From assembly GCA_027623195.1 (NCBI GenBank), contig JAQBUT010000001.1, positions 1 to 64,000 on the forward strand: DNA of 64,000 nt. The letters are read 5' to 3'. The notes under the pieces are model-generated. The model did not search any database. It saw only the letters and a list, made by a program, of their open reading frames with translations, and was not told where the DNA came from. Origin of the DNA: Chloroflexota bacterium. Lineage in GTDB: Bacteria; Chloroflexota; Dehalococcoidia; Lucifugimonadales; JADFKI01. Below are positions 37,996-48,597 of this stretch, in pieces. Both the position numbers and the translations under genes were made by a program. Numbering within the stretch: position 1 is the first letter of the stretch; every line of letters begins with the position of its first letter.

Positions 37996-39156
37996 ATGAG
38001 CTTCTTCCCACTAACCCAGGAGCAACAGGACTGGAAAGACCGTGCCGCCGCGATTGCAGACAAGGAGCTTGCGCCTCGCGCAGAGCAGACCGACAGAGAA
38101 CGCAAGTACCCCAGAGAATCGCTGGACGCACTAAGGGACGCCGGGTTCTGGGCGTTGCGAGTGGATAAACAGTACGGAGGCCAGGGGGCCGACCTTTTGA
38201 GCACGGTGCTGGTCGTGGAAGAGCTAGCCAAGCGGTGCCCGTCCACAGCCATGTGCTACAAGATGCACCTTGAGGCGTCAGAGGTAATCAACCGCATGCC
38301 GACGGATTACCAGGTGGAGAACTTCGTGAAGCCCATGGCCAGGGGCGAGGTCTTCACCACCGTGGCAGGCTCAGAGACCTGGAGAGACGGCGACAACTGG
38401 ACCACCAGCCGAGAGTTCTCGGTCGCCAATAAAGTACCGGGCGGCTACAAGCTTAACAACGTACGCAAGTCCTACGTCACGTCATCGGAGCACGCCACTC
38501 ATTACTTCTTCCTGTGCCGCATGAGCGAAGAGGCTACCGCTGACCAGACTAGCCTTCTATTCGTGGAGCGCGACAAGATCGAGTGGGAGCTTCTAGAGGA
38601 ATGGAACGGCCTGGGACTACGAGGTAACGCCAGCTCCCCCATGCGCTTCAACGGGGTTGTGCCGGAAGAGAACAGAATTGGCGGCGAGAACACTGGTATG
38701 GCTGAGGCCGGTGGCGTATTCGTGCCGGTGCTCGGCCTGACCTACGCGGCCGCCTATCTGGGCACGGGCTCAGGCGCATTCGACCTAGCTAAACTGGAGG
38801 GCGACCGCAGATTTGCCAGCGGCTCCCGACGCATGGACGCGCCGGTGAATCAGCGACGCATGGCAGAGCTATCAGTTCAGATCGAAGCCGCCCAGACCAT
38901 GCTGCACGCCGCAGCCGCTACGTTCGACGCGGGCAAACTGGGATCGCCGCTGCCCATAATGCAGGCCAAGGTGCTCTGCTCTGAGACGGCGGTGAACGTA
39001 ACGCAGGAACTCATGACCATGTTCGGCGGCACGGCCTTCGCAGGACGCATGCCCATGGAGCGGTACTTCCGCGACGCCCGCGCAGGCATGATTATGGCGC
39101 TGCCAAACGACGGGACCTACGACACCATCTCGAACCTGCTGTTCCCAGCGAAGTAA
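37996..39156 (+). CDS. Acyl-CoA dehydrogenase-family flavoprotein (atypical, hydroxylase-like)
   Basis: YGG.G, W.GLGLRGN.S and ERYFRDARA motifs; no IxEG motif. Confidence 0.85.
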   Translation: MSFFPLTQEQQDWKDRAAAIADKELAPRAEQTDRERKYPRESLDALRDAGFWALRVDKQYGGQGADLLSTVLVVEELAKRCPSTAMCYKMHLEASEVINRMPTDYQVENFVKPMARGEVFTTVAGSETWRDGDNWTTSREFSVANKVPGGYKLNNVRKSYVTSSEHATHYFFLCRMSEEATADQTSLLFVERDKIEWELLEEWNGLGLRGNASSPMRFNGVVPEENRIGGENTGMAEAGGVFVPVLGLTYAAAYLGTGSGAFDLAKLEGDRRFASGSRRMDAPVNQRRMAELSVQIEAAQTMLHAAAATFDAGKLGSPLPIMQAKVLCSETAVNVTQELMTMFGGTAFAGRMPMERYFRDARAGMIMALPNDGTYDTISNLLFPAK

Positions 39157-39259
39157 GAGTGCGCGGGAAAGGGAGATCTTCCCGCAACTCGTTTCCACGT
39201 AAGACACAGATAAGCGAACCCCTCTCAGTGTGCAAAAAGGGGTTCAGAAATTACATGTC

Positions 39260-40297
39260 TCAATGAGCCTTGAGGATCGACTTGAACGATTGGGCCGTGA
39301 ACTCCAACCACCGGGACGCATCTGTGCGGTGGTCATCTTGGCGCTCATCTGTCTTTCCAAATACCCACATGGCATTTGACAGTTGCCGGGCAGCTATAAA
39401 TATGTCCAGATATTCCAACTGTTCCACTGGAATGGGTCGATGCCTGGTGTAGCCACGAAATAGGTCGTCGACCAGGGTAGGGTGGCCGTTCTGCAAAAGG
39501 CAAACGGCTATGTCGTAAATCTTGTGGCCAAAAGCGCTGTCGTCAAAGTCAATTACCCTGGTCTCATTGGCTGAAAACAGGATATTCCCCGTGTGAAGGT
39601 CCGCGTGAATCAGCCCGAAAACATCCGGCCCGAACCCTAATTCTTCCATGGCCTGCCGGACCCTCTCTCCCATATCGTGGAAAAGTCGGGCGTAGGGCGA
39701 GGGAAGCGAAGACCATGTTTCCTGCGGACTCACGACGAATCCCGCACTATCCCCCAAAAGTCCATCCCAGTCCAGTCGGCGTCTGGTGAACGCAGGGGAG
39801 GGCGACCAGCCTTCCGCGTGGCTATGCAATTGCCCCATGACCTCTCCAATGGCCGTCAGGTGGGTGGGACTGGTTTTCTGGTACGCCCTGCCATTCATCC
39901 AGCGCAACAATGAACAAACGCGCGGCTCTGGAACATCCGGCGATGACGCGGTGGTCATAAGGTCACCCGACAAGGTGGGTACTGGCTCCGGAACGGCCAA
40001 ATCAATGTCACGACGCAATGCATCCAGCCATTCCAGCTCTGAGGCGATGGAAGCGGCAGACTGATAGCCGGGCCCGTGAAGCTTCAGCAGATACCGCCCC
40101 TGCACGAACCGACCTGCCTCAGCCTTGCCACCGGATCGGTCATTCACGCTTACCCGAAACGTTGCGTTCTCGTGAGACTTGATTAGCCTTACGCTCGCGC
40201 CCTTCAGTCCGTACGACTTCAGTGCTGTCTTGGCCAGAGTGTGCAGGCGTCGCACCTTACCGGTGTGAGTCAGGTTCTCAAAAGGTACTCTGGCCAA
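39260..40297 (-). CDS. APH/type II homoserine kinase-like phosphotransferase
   Basis: ENATFRV, LIHADLH.GN and IDFDD motifs. Confidence 0.88.
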   Translation of the reverse strand: MARVPFENLTHTGKVRRLHTLAKTALKSYGLKGASVRLIKSHENATFRVSVNDRSGGKAEAGRFVQGRYLLKLHGPGYQSAASIASELEWLDALRRDIDLAVPEPVPTLSGDLMTTASSPDVPEPRVCSLLRWMNGRAYQKTSPTHLTAIGEVMGQLHSHAEGWSPSPAFTRRRLDWDGLLGDSAGFVVSPQETWSSLPSPYARLFHDMGERVRQAMEELGFGPDVFGLIHADLHTGNILFSANETRVIDFDDSAFGHKIYDIAVCLLQNGHPTLVDDLFRGYTRHRPIPVEQLEYLDIFIAARQLSNAMWVFGKTDERQDDHRTDASRWLEFTAQSFKSILKAH

Positions 40298-40455
40298 ATT
40301 TCACACCACCGCCTTTGTCCGGATATCAGAATTTCTCCCGTCATTCGCCAAGAAAGGCTTCTGATGCGGGGACCAACGACCCGAACGGGTCACTATTTCA
40401 CATCACACAGGCCCAATTTGCCGTCCATCTTGCTCACGGACGCGTCACATTGCCG

Positions 40456-41034
40456 CTAAGGCTTAACCCACGTCTCCGACCATGCAAGACAAGAGGTACT
40501 GCTCTGCTTGTCGCCGCGCATTTCGGATCGGGTCACGCCCTTGGCTACCATACCGTTGAGCGTCATCTGCGCCTTGCGAGCCGGGATGAAGCAGCTGTAA
40601 ACACCATGAGGCCTGCCTTCCACTGTGCCTGCTGCGGCGGTGAGCATGTACGGTTCATAGAAGTCATACCAGGAGAGAGCGATAGACTCCTCCTCTGACT
40701 CCACTGTCTCCGTCCAGAAAGAGCGATGGTCGCCTGAATGGTTAAAGACGGCATCAGTCACCGGCACATCGTCGTCGGCGAACTCCGGATAGAGGTGAGT
40801 CTCGATCTCGCCCTGTAGCCAACGGGCCAAAGCAATATTATCGGAGTAAATGCGCACCTCGTCGTTGGTGAGATCGCTCTTCAGGTACAGGACATGTCCA
40901 GCCCCTGCGGGGCTCAAAAGTATGCGCCAGTGGCTTGAACGGGTCAACTGAGGTCCGTCCTGGCCATCGTGCAACCGTATAAATGAGTTCTCTCCGGTGA
41001 GCACGACTCTATTGGGATCAGTGGGATTTACCAT
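40456..41034 (-). CDS. Hypothetical protein
   Basis: GAGGAG RBS and protein-like composition; family not recognised. Confidence 0.75.
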   Translation of the reverse strand: MVNPTDPNRVVLTGENSFIRLHDGQDGPQLTRSSHWRILLSPAGAGHVLYLKSDLTNDEVRIYSDNIALARWLQGEIETHLYPEFADDDVPVTDAVFNHSGDHRSFWTETVESEEESIALSWYDFYEPYMLTAAAGTVEGRPHGVYSCFIPARKAQMTLNGMVAKGVTRSEMRGDKQSSTSCLAWSETWVKP

Positions 41035-41182
41035 TTTAATCTCCTCGCTTCATTTGGGTTCAAGTGGCTCTGGCTGTCTTGTGTTGTATCATCTTAGCAG
41101 CGCACCAACGGCGAAGCCACCAGACATATTCCCGGAGGAAATCAAGTTGGTTAACTGGCAAAATAACCCGGACCTAAGCCAC

Positions 41183-41671
41183 ATGAGCGACAACGACTAC
41201 CATGCACAACAGGTTCTTAGCCTAACGGAGCAGATTGACGCAGAACCTGAAAATCCCCGGAACTACTTCCTGCGAGGGAACGCCTATCTGGATGGCTCAA
41301 ACTACGCCTCAGCACTCGCCGACTACTCGAAGGCCATCGAATTGGACCCGGACGACTCTGTGCTATTCAACAATCGAGGCATCGCCTTCCGTTGTCTGAT
41401 GGAAACCGATAGAGCCATCGAAGACTACTCCAAGGCTCTCGAAATGAACCCGCAATACAGGGACGCTTACAACAACCGCGGCATGGCGCTATCCGATAAG
41501 TCCGACTACGAGGCCGCTATCACCAATTACACTCAGGCCATCGAACTGGATGACAAATTCTGGTACGCCTACAACAACAGGGGAATGGCGCTGTGGGCGG
41601 TAGGCAAACGAGATGAGGCGGTGGCAGACTACGAAAAGGCCAAGGCATTGATGGGCCTCAACCCCGGCTAG
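41183..41671 (+). CDS. Tetratricopeptide repeat protein
   Basis: Repeated YNNRG..A..DY.KA.EL.P units. Confidence 0.9.
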   Translation: MSDNDYHAQQVLSLTEQIDAEPENPRNYFLRGNAYLDGSNYASALADYSKAIELDPDDSVLFNNRGIAFRCLMETDRAIEDYSKALEMNPQYRDAYNNRGMALSDKSDYEAAITNYTQAIELDDKFWYAYNNRGMALWAVGKRDEAVADYEKAKALMGLNPG

Positions 41672-41773
41672 ACGGCTTAATCTCGTGTTAAAGACGACCA
41701 GTCGCCATTGAACTGGACGCCACCTGTAGTGTATATTTCATGCGCGTTTCCACCCTGATTTCGGCTGATATAA

Positions 41774-43366
41774 ATGACGGACTTCGCCCAGGTCTCGGTT
41801 ACCCCTGACCAACTCACCATCGTCCCAGCAGGGCAGGCCCGCTCTTCGATTTTTATCCAGAACTCCAGCACCGTTGTCGATGTATTTACCATCGAAGTGC
41901 AGGGGTTAGACGAATCGTGGGTGGAGCTTTCCGTTAACAGCGTCTCGTTGTTCCCCGGAGACAGCGCCACCAGCGACCTCACGTTGAGTGTCCCCAAGAC
42001 CAGCGGTGCCAAGGCAGGTACTTACCCCCTCACCATAAAGGTAAGCTCCCGCAAGGACCCGTCGATCAGCATGGACGTCGAATGCGCGCTGGAAGTCGAG
42101 CCTTATTATGATGTGAGCGCGGAGCTTAATCCCCAGCAATTGACAGGGGCTGGAGGTCAGTTCACGGCCTCTTTGACGAACTCCGGCAACACCGAGATGG
42201 AGATCGGCCTTAATGGCACGGACCCTCAGGCGGCGCTGCACTTTACATACTCAAGGCAAACGCCTCGATTGGCTCCCGGTGAGACGCAAGAGGCAACTGT
42301 AACCGTGACGGCACGGCAGCAGCCGTTACGCGGATTTCCGAAAACGTACCCTTTTCAGATAAGGGCCACTGGTCCACTGAACACTGCGCGACCATTAGAA
42401 CTGCATGGTTCACTGACCGTTCCCCCCAGGCTTCCAAGATGGGCATTTCCAGCGGCCATCGCCTGCGTGGTAGGACTTATCGCGATTATCGCATTGGCAA
42501 TCACATTTGGCGGCAGGAGAGATGACGCTCCGGTAGCCTCGCCTATCTTGATTACCGCTGGTTCTCCACTAGCCGGGGCCATGGATTTAAGCTCCGGACA
42601 ATTGCGGAGCTTCGAGGTGCTCGTTGAAGAGCCAGGACTCCTGATTTTGCAGGTGCAGTGGGATGTCAAAGGCAACGGACTTCGGGTTAAATTCGCCGCG
42701 TCGGAGTCGGACCAGGCGTTCATACAGACGTTACGGGCTGCGGGCCTACTCACGACTTTTGTCGATGAAGAGCTGCTGATCCCATCTGGCGAATACAGCA
42801 TTCCCCTTGGACAGGCCTACGTGTCCAAGGCGCTATCCGTGTCGTTCCAAAACAAGACTAGCAGCGATACAAGTAGTACGTTTAGCCTGTCTTTTCAACC
42901 AGCATCCGCTGTGACCCCGGAAGCAACGGCTACGGCTATCCCTGTGCTTCTGCCGTCGGCCACGTCCACACCATCACCTATTGACTCGCCCACACCATCG
43001 CCTACAGCATCTGCGACGGCCACGGCTACCGTTACGCCAACGCCCGCGCCCAGACGAACGCTGAAGATCGAGCCCGTGCTGCCAACCGCCGGGAAGATTG
43101 TCGTTTCACCGCAGGCCAACCGGGACGGCACATACGAAGACGGTACGTCTATCACCGTCTCGGCACAGCCTGCAAGAGGGTGCTCGTTTGGCGGGTGGTC
43201 CGGCTCCATGACGACACCAGATGAGAAGCTTAATTTCGTGATCGACAGCAACGTAGCGCTTAAGGCAACATTCTGGTGCCTGATTCCCATAGTCACACCC
43301 ACACCTACGCCTGGCTTAATCATATTTCCGACCTTTACGCTCCCCCCACTAAAGCTTCTGCCTTAG
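41774..43366 (+). CDS. Single-pass membrane protein: N-terminal Ig-like domains, TM helix, P/T-rich linker, C-terminal InlB-B-like repeat
   Basis: Beta-rich N-terminus (L.PG....), TM near aa 225-245, TPTP linker and A.P..G..F.GWSG motif. Confidence 0.75.
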   Translation: MTDFAQVSVTPDQLTIVPAGQARSSIFIQNSSTVVDVFTIEVQGLDESWVELSVNSVSLFPGDSATSDLTLSVPKTSGAKAGTYPLTIKVSSRKDPSISMDVECALEVEPYYDVSAELNPQQLTGAGGQFTASLTNSGNTEMEIGLNGTDPQAALHFTYSRQTPRLAPGETQEATVTVTARQQPLRGFPKTYPFQIRATGPLNTARPLELHGSLTVPPRLPRWAFPAAIACVVGLIAIIALAITFGGRRDDAPVASPILITAGSPLAGAMDLSSGQLRSFEVLVEEPGLLILQVQWDVKGNGLRVKFAASESDQAFIQTLRAAGLLTTFVDEELLIPSGEYSIPLGQAYVSKALSVSFQNKTSSDTSSTFSLSFQPASAVTPEATATAIPVLLPSATSTPSPIDSPTPSPTASATATATVTPTPAPRRTLKIEPVLPTAGKIVVSPQANRDGTYEDGTSITVSAQPARGCSFGGWSGSMTTPDEKLNFVIDSNVALKATFWCLIPIVTPTPTPGLIIFPTFTLPPLKLLP

Positions 43367-43445
43367 TACCAATCATCCAGAACCAACCAGACAGGCCAAT
43401 TATCGTTGTAACTGATGATTAGCGAATTTTGCCGAATATTCCACC

Positions 43446-43480
43446 TTGACAGAGACAAATGTTCTGCAATACATTTGTTC
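43446..43480 (+). promoter_or_regulatory. Promoter overlapped by an inverted-repeat operator
   Basis: TTGACA-N18-TACATT; ACAAATGT-N8-ACATTTGT. Confidence 0.55.
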
Positions 43481-43523
43481 TAATCCTTTTCAAATCTAAA
43501 CCACATCCTCTGAGGAGAACGTA

Positions 43524-43877
43524 ATGGCAAATCCGATAGTTCATTGGGAAATAGCAGGGAGGGACGCTGCCAAACTGCAGGAGTTTTACGGCGGCCTGTT
43601 CGATTGGAAAATAAACGCCATGGAGAATATGGGCGGATACCGGATGGTTGAATCTGGCGAGAGTGGCCTAACCGGCGGCCTCATGCAAACGGAAGGGGAC
43701 ATGCCACCAAACTACGTCATATTCTACGTTCAAGTGGACGACTTACAGGCCTCTCTGGACAGCGCCGTGGCTTTAGGAGGAACGGCAGTAATGCCTCCGA
43801 CACCAATTCCCGGGGTAGGGGCATTCGCTATATTCGCCGATCCTGAGGGCAACAACATAGGAATGTTCAAGGGTTAA
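43524..43877 (+). CDS. VOC/glyoxalase family protein
   Basis: IVHWEI, FYG.LFDW and F.DPEGN.IG motifs. Confidence 0.9.
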   Translation: MANPIVHWEIAGRDAAKLQEFYGGLFDWKINAMENMGGYRMVESGESGLTGGLMQTEGDMPPNYVIFYVQVDDLQASLDSAVALGGTAVMPPTPIPGVGAFAIFADPEGNNIGMFKG

Positions 43878-44154
43878 TACGGCAGACGAGAACGACATCA
43901 GTTCTTGTTAACAACACTGAGGGGGAAGAGAGAATGGCGGGATGCAAGGGACCCTTGGCAAAGACAGCGTTGTACAGAGTAGAACCGGCTGCACAGCATA
44001 GGGTGAGGCACATTGGCCCTGTTGGGTCTGACGGAGCGCTACTCAAGGAAGATTGCAGGGCCAGCCGAAAAGCCAGACGTCGCCTGACCTCGCCGGCACA
44101 CAGGCGGGCGCTGCGGTGCATGCTAGGTATCTAAAGATGTTGGAAGGACAGAAC

Positions 44155-44583
44155 ATGATAAGACACGTTGCGGGTATCGCAGAAGTTGTTGAGGACGTTG
44201 GGTCTGCCGTCAGGTACTACACAGATGTCCTCGGGCTATCTGTAGAACACCAGGATGGTTCGGGCTACGCAGTGGTGGATGTGCCCGGCGTACTTCATTA
44301 CGGCTTATGGTCGCGTAGGGCAGCAGCCGAGGCCACCTTTGGCGACCCGCAGGCAGCGGACCGTATCCCCCTTGGCTTCAGCGTTGGTTTCGAGGTCGAT
44401 AATGTGGAAGATGCCAATCGAGCGATGCTAGCGGCGGGAACGGACTTTCCTCAGGCCCCAAAAGAGGAGCCATGGAAGCAGGTGACCAGTCGCTTCATTT
44501 CCAGGAGCGGCGCGCTGTGCGAAATATCCAAAACGCCGTGGGCGAGGCGGATCACCCAGCAGATGCGGGCCTCCGAAGAGTAG
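44155..44583 (+). CDS. VOC/glyoxalase family protein
   Basis: V.DV..A..YY..VLGL, FEVD and EPW.Q motifs. Confidence 0.8.
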   Translation: MIRHVAGIAEVVEDVGSAVRYYTDVLGLSVEHQDGSGYAVVDVPGVLHYGLWSRRAAAEATFGDPQAADRIPLGFSVGFEVDNVEDANRAMLAAGTDFPQAPKEEPWKQVTSRFISRSGALCEISKTPWARRITQQMRASEE

Positions 44584-44631
44584 CCTTTCAATTAGGGGGC
44601 ACCCACTCTGCCGCCTAGGGCGAACTGTCGG

Positions 44632-46227
44632 TTACCAGCCCACAGCACAGCCATCATTACGTGGCTCGCTGCCGCCCCTAAGCACCCCGGTCTCCGAATC
44701 CCTTTCGATGATTTGCCCACCACCGAAATACAACGGATGCGGCTCGTGTATCTCCGTCTTGTGGCCTTTGGACCTTAGCTCGTAAGCCACCATGCCGGAC
44801 ACCATAGACTCCAGTCCTATGACGCCCTCAGATGGCCTATAGCTAAAGCGTGGCGCGTTCAGGGCTTCCTGCGGGTCAAGGCCAAAGTCGATCATGTTGA
44901 CCAGCGCCTGCAATTGACCCTGCGCCTGCTGAACCGTTCCCATTACGCCGTAGCTAAGCCACAACTCGTCGCCTTTGGTGGCCATGCCCGGAATGAGCGT
45001 GTGATACGGGCGCTTGTTGGGTTCCAACACATTTGGGTGCTGAGCATCCAGCGAGAATGAAGCCCCTCGACTCTGCAAGGCCATGCCGGTCCCTGGCACC
45101 ACCAGCCCCGAGCCAAAATCCGAGTAGACGCTGTTGATAAGGGAGCAGGCATTGCCTTCGCCGTCCACCGCCGTAATGTACACCGTGTCGCTCTTGATAT
45201 TGGGATCACCAACCTCAATATTAGCAATGGCGGCGTTCCGATGAATTAGTTTTCGCCTCTCCTCGGCGTATGCCTTGGAGATCAGCCTGCTAGTCTCAAC
45301 CTTCATTTTGGCGGGATCGGTTATGTAATGCATGCCGTCCGTCATAGCCAGGCGTATGCACTCGATCATGTGGTGGAAGGTCTCGCTCTTCTGGAAGCCT
45401 GTGCCAGCCAGGTCAAACCCCTCCGCTATGTTCAGGGCCATGAGTAGGTTGACGCCCTGGTTATTGGGCGGGCACTGCCAGCAAGTCACCCCTCGATAGT
45501 CTGTCGAAATAGGGTCCACCCAGTCGGCGGAGTGGCCTGCCATGTCGTCAGCCGTGAGCCAACCACCCAGGCCTTGCACAAAATCTGCGACCCTTTTGGC
45601 CAGCGGCCCTTTGTAGAAGGCTTCGGCTCCTCCCTCCGCGATGGCGCTGAGCGTGGTGGCAAGCTCAGGTAGTTTCAGAAGCTCACCGGCCTTGGGCGCT
45701 CTACCATTCAAAAGCAGCTCGCCGCCAGATGGCTGTGCCTTCAGCCTCGACACGCCCTCCTGCCACTGCATGCTTATTACCTCGGTTACGGGATATCCGT
45801 CCGTGGCGTAGGCTATGGCGGGCTTCAAAACCTCGGAAATAGGCATTTTGCCAAAGCGGTCCAACAGCGCCTGCCAGCCGCTAACGGCACCAGGCACCGT
45901 GACGGAGTACGGGCTGTTATCCGGAATCGAGCGCATACCCTTTTCGCGTAACTCGTCCGCCGATGCCGCCGCAGGGGAGTGGCCGCTGGCGTTGAGAGAA
46001 TAGACCTTCTTTTCCGATGAGTTGTAAACCAGCGAAAAAAGGTCCCCACCCGCGCCGGTGGAGTGAGGCTCCACCACATTGAGGGTGGCCGCTGCAGCTA
46101 CCGTCGCGTCGACAGCGGTGCCGCCGTTCATCAACATACGTAGTCCAGCCATGGCCGCCAACGGTTGACTTGTAGCAACCATACCCTTGGTAGCCATAAC
46201 TGCTGATCTTCTAGAATTGAACCTCAT
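44632..46227 (-). CDS. ggt: Gamma-glutamyltransferase family protein
   Basis: VVEPH..G.GGD, DTVY...VD..GN..S.INS and KRPYHTLIPG motifs. Confidence 0.92.
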   Translation of the reverse strand: MRFNSRRSAVMATKGMVATSQPLAAMAGLRMLMNGGTAVDATVAAAATLNVVEPHSTGAGGDLFSLVYNSSEKKVYSLNASGHSPAAASADELREKGMRSIPDNSPYSVTVPGAVSGWQALLDRFGKMPISEVLKPAIAYATDGYPVTEVISMQWQEGVSRLKAQPSGGELLLNGRAPKAGELLKLPELATTLSAIAEGGAEAFYKGPLAKRVADFVQGLGGWLTADDMAGHSADWVDPISTDYRGVTCWQCPPNNQGVNLLMALNIAEGFDLAGTGFQKSETFHHMIECIRLAMTDGMHYITDPAKMKVETSRLISKAYAEERRKLIHRNAAIANIEVGDPNIKSDTVYITAVDGEGNACSLINSVYSDFGSGLVVPGTGMALQSRGASFSLDAQHPNVLEPNKRPYHTLIPGMATKGDELWLSYGVMGTVQQAQGQLQALVNMIDFGLDPQEALNAPRFSYRPSEGVIGLESMVSGMVAYELRSKGHKTEIHEPHPLYFGGGQIIERDSETGVLRGGSEPRNDGCAVGW

Positions 46228-47219
46228 TTATCTAATGACCTTCCTTGAAATGTTCCATTTAGCGCTGCCTCTCTAAGCGCCGAGTCTATCGACACTACCG
46301 GCGGCCCCTTATCCGTCAGGCACACCTGCACCTTCTGCCCCGGACGTATGCCGAATGTGCGCTCGCCGTCCAAGGCTACAGTGCATGGGCTTAGATCGAC
46401 GTCCGCAGTCTCGCCGAATTCCATTGTAGACCAGCGGGCGATATTTACAGTCGAAATCATACCAGGCGCTATCGGGGCCAAGACCGTTGTCCCGCCGGGG
46501 CCGATATGAATGCGAATACCGCGTTCGTCTGACATGTACGTTGGATTAAGTTGGGCGCCCACGGCCGACAGACCTATGCTAGAAGGCTCGGCCCGCGTAA
46601 GGAATAGTTCGTCCACAGTGTCCAGATTCCATATTGCTCTGGAGCCCACGAAGCGCTCTTTGGATATGGCTACGTCTACGAGAGCGATGTCCTTTATTTC
46701 GCCATCCACCGAAATCTCAAGGAGCTTGCTGGCAACAGTAGAGTTTTCCAAGGAGACCTTTCCACATGCGACGACGCCAGCGGCAAGTCCTGCTATCGTC
46801 CCTTCCACCATTTCCGGGAACACGTTGTTGGTTCCTGTAGAAACAGGCACAAGTGGTACGTTTCTCGATCCTTTGGCCACCGCCCTGTTGGTGCCGTCGC
46901 CGCCCAACGTAATCAGGCAACCGACCTCCATGTCAGCCATCATTCCGGCCGCACGGGTAGAGTCTAGCTCGTCATTGAAGACTGGCATTTCGAGGAATTC
47001 GACGGAGAGGGAAAAGTGAGTGTTATCCAGAGCGCCTCTGCCCAGGGCAGACATGTCTGGCATCATGACCACGCGCTCGACGCCCACTGCGTCAAGGCCG
47101 GCCAGGATACGTTTGAGGATGTTAATCTTTTCCTGATTGGGGACGAATCGCCCGTGAGCCACGAGCCGGCGTATGTCTTTACCAGCGGCTGGGTTTGCGA
47201 TTATGCCTACTGTGGCCAA
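46224..47219 (-). CDS. ATP-NAD kinase-like (AcoX-type) protein
   Basis: IANPAAGKDIRRLVA, LGGDGT and STGTNNVFP motifs. Confidence 0.85.
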   Translation of the reverse strand: MATVGIIANPAAGKDIRRLVAHGRFVPNQEKINILKRILAGLDAVGVERVVMMPDMSALGRGALDNTHFSLSVEFLEMPVFNDELDSTRAAGMMADMEVGCLITLGGDGTNRAVAKGSRNVPLVPVSTGTNNVFPEMVEGTIAGLAAGVVACGKVSLENSTVASKLLEISVDGEIKDIALVDVAISKERFVGSRAIWNLDTVDELFLTRAEPSSIGLSAVGAQLNPTYMSDERGIRIHIGPGGTTVLAPIAPGMISTVNIARWSTMEFGETADVDLSPCTVALDGERTFGIRPGQKVQVCLTDKGPPVVSIDSALREAALNGTFQGRSLDK

Positions 47220-47338
47220 GGGTTAATTTCCTTCGCTCTCGGAGGGTTGCGTGAACCAGGACGCATCCTCCAGAACTGCGTCCAGCGCGCGGCGATCGAA
47301 AGCAAGTCTCAGGAACATCATGGAGCGAATCGCCATAA

Positions 47339-48274
47339 TTAGGCCGACCACTTCTGTATCTCAATAAGCGCCTTCGCGATACGCTGCCTAGTCTTCTCGG
47401 CTGACTCAGAATCCCAGGCGTACGTGCCTTGACCTGTTTTTACGCCCAGATTGCCCTTTTCCACGTTGTCGGTAATCGCTTTCGGCGAAGTCGTTTCGTC
47501 GTTAAGGTCTGGCAGAATATGCGAAGTAAGGGCAGCGTATATGTCCAGACCCGCCACGTCGGCTATCTCCAGCGGACCTGCCACGGAGAGTCGTCTGCCC
47601 AAGCCGTAGCGCACCACGGCGTCGATGTCCTCGGCACTGGCGATACCATTTTCCACCAGCGAAAAGCACTCGCGCACCAGCGCTGCCTGTAACCGATTAC
47701 CAATAAATCCCAGGGCCTCTTTTTGCACCCGAACAGGGCGTTTACCGATTTTCTGGAACAGGTCAAAGGCGGTATCGAATGTCTCGTCCGACGTGCCTTC
47801 GTGACGAACGACCTCAACAAGCGGCACCAGATAGGGCGGGTTGAAGTAGTGGGTCACCAGTACTTTGTCCGGCCTGCCTGTGGCAGACGCTATGCTGCTG
47901 GGCATAAACGTGGATGAATTGCTGGCAAGAATAGTGCGCGCCGGCGTCAACCTATCCAATTCAGCGAATACCCTCTGCTTCAAAGCCAGGTCTTCCGAGA
48001 CGGCCTCGATGACGAAGTCGGCGTCGCGCACTACCTCTGCCAGGTCCGTGCTGGTGCGAAGGCGATCAGGCACTGACTCTGCCAACGCTCCGTCCACCAA
48101 ACCAGCCTCGGCCAAAGTGCGCAGGTTGCGGGACATGTTGGCTTTTGCCTGCCTCAGCAAGTCTTCAGAGAGGTCGTGCAGACTTACGTCGAATCCTGCC
48201 GCCGCGAACTCCTGGGCTATGCCATGTCCGAGAAGGCCTGCGCCAATTATGGCTATGTTTCTTACTTCGATCAC
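47339..48274 (-). CDS. 3-hydroxyacyl-CoA dehydrogenase family protein
   Basis: GAGLLGHG, EAVSE, SNSS, HYFNPP and GFIGNRLQ motifs; start at GTG 48274. Confidence 0.92.
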   Translation of the reverse strand: MIEVRNIAIIGAGLLGHGIAQEFAAAGFDVSLHDLSEDLLRQAKANMSRNLRTLAEAGLVDGALAESVPDRLRTSTDLAEVVRDADFVIEAVSEDLALKQRVFAELDRLTPARTILASNSSTFMPSSIASATGRPDKVLVTHYFNPPYLVPLVEVVRHEGTSDETFDTAFDLFQKIGKRPVRVQKEALGFIGNRLQAALVRECFSLVENGIASAEDIDAVVRYGLGRRLSVAGPLEIADVAGLDIYAALTSHILPDLNDETTSPKAITDNVEKGNLGVKTGQGTYAWDSESAEKTRQRIAKALIEIQKWSA

Positions 48275-48597
48275 AAAGCTTCTCTCCAGAAAATGCCGGG
48301 AATCTTGATTGAATTTACTCCAACCTGGCGCAGATGCCCAGGATGATCTTTTGCTTTGGGAAAACCATCTTAACCAGCGCAGGGCTGAAGGGGAAGTGGC
48401 AGTCCAGACTGGCAACCCGTTTAGTGGGCGACTGCGTTGTCCAGAAGCCCTGTCTCCCCTCCGACTTTTGGCGCATTATATCATCTCACGTGACATTTCC
48501 CGTTCACAGGACTTACCGAAAGGTTTACCTTGGAACTGTCGACCCAAAGCGATATGATTCCAGGCATAATACTTGGGAGCTGACGGGGAGCGAACAC

